A stretch of 32,000 nt of DNA. Origin: Candidatus Pacearchaeota archaeon. Lineage in GTDB: Archaea; Nanobdellota; Nanobdellia; Pacearchaeales; UBA284. Below, piece after piece: positions 31,899 to 32,000 of this stretch. The notes beneath the pieces were generated by a model. That model saw nothing but the letters and a program-made list of their open reading frames with translations, searched no databases and was not told where the DNA came from. The DNA lies in the NCBI GenBank assembly GCA_026016245.1, contig CP061211.1, forward strand, positions 300,001 through 332,000, in the 5' to 3' direction. The position numbers were made by a program, and so were the translations under genes. How positions within the stretch are numbered: position 1 is the first letter of the stretch; each line of letters opens with the position of its first letter.

Positions 31899-32000
31899 AT
31901 ATTTATATTATCTTTTGCTTATTTATAAATCTTGCGAAATTGTCGTAAGTAACTATGCTGGCAAATATTTAAATATAAACTATTAATGATATTACTATAA

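Overview
AT-rich, gene-dense prokaryotic window. The informational genes look archaeal: a Cdc48/VAT double-AAA ATPase, a type-2 methionine aminopeptidase, a TrmB-family regulator, a NIP7-like PUA protein, and TATA-like boxes about 20-30 nt upstream of many start codons. This suggests a small-genome DPANN-type archaeon (inference). Some genes have a bacterial flavour, namely a bacterial-type LeuRS and a GAF-GGDEF cyclase. Positions 1-12.6 kb and 24.3-32 kb hold ordinary chromosomal genes: leuS (partial), sppA, cdc48, map, NOL1/NOP2/Sun methyltransferase, xerA-like recombinase, SMC-like ATPase, a large acidic surface protein and a TrmB regulator. The centre (12.66-24.22 kb) is different. Twelve mutually related, GC-rich, imperfectly palindromic sites lie there, all in the same orientation. 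Each reads AAC(AT) - left arm - GAAGT - hairpins - ATTTGGGA box - right arm - CTGTTA and is 39-151 bp long. They separate 11 short units of unrelated accessory genes, including nuclease-like, HD, UDG-like, isochorismatase-like, PNPOx-like, P-loop and HExxH proteins plus small Zn-ribbon or Cys-rich proteins. The two ends of most units are complementary to each other across the gene, with unit-specific (covarying) sequences. The last site ends about 20 bp before the TATA box of a Xer-type tyrosine recombinase that lacks an IntI-type insertion. I read this as an integron-like, structure-based gene-cassette array with non-canonical site architecture and recombinase. No search or folding tool was run, so all homology calls rest on motif recognition by eye. 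No rRNA, tRNA or CRISPR array was found.
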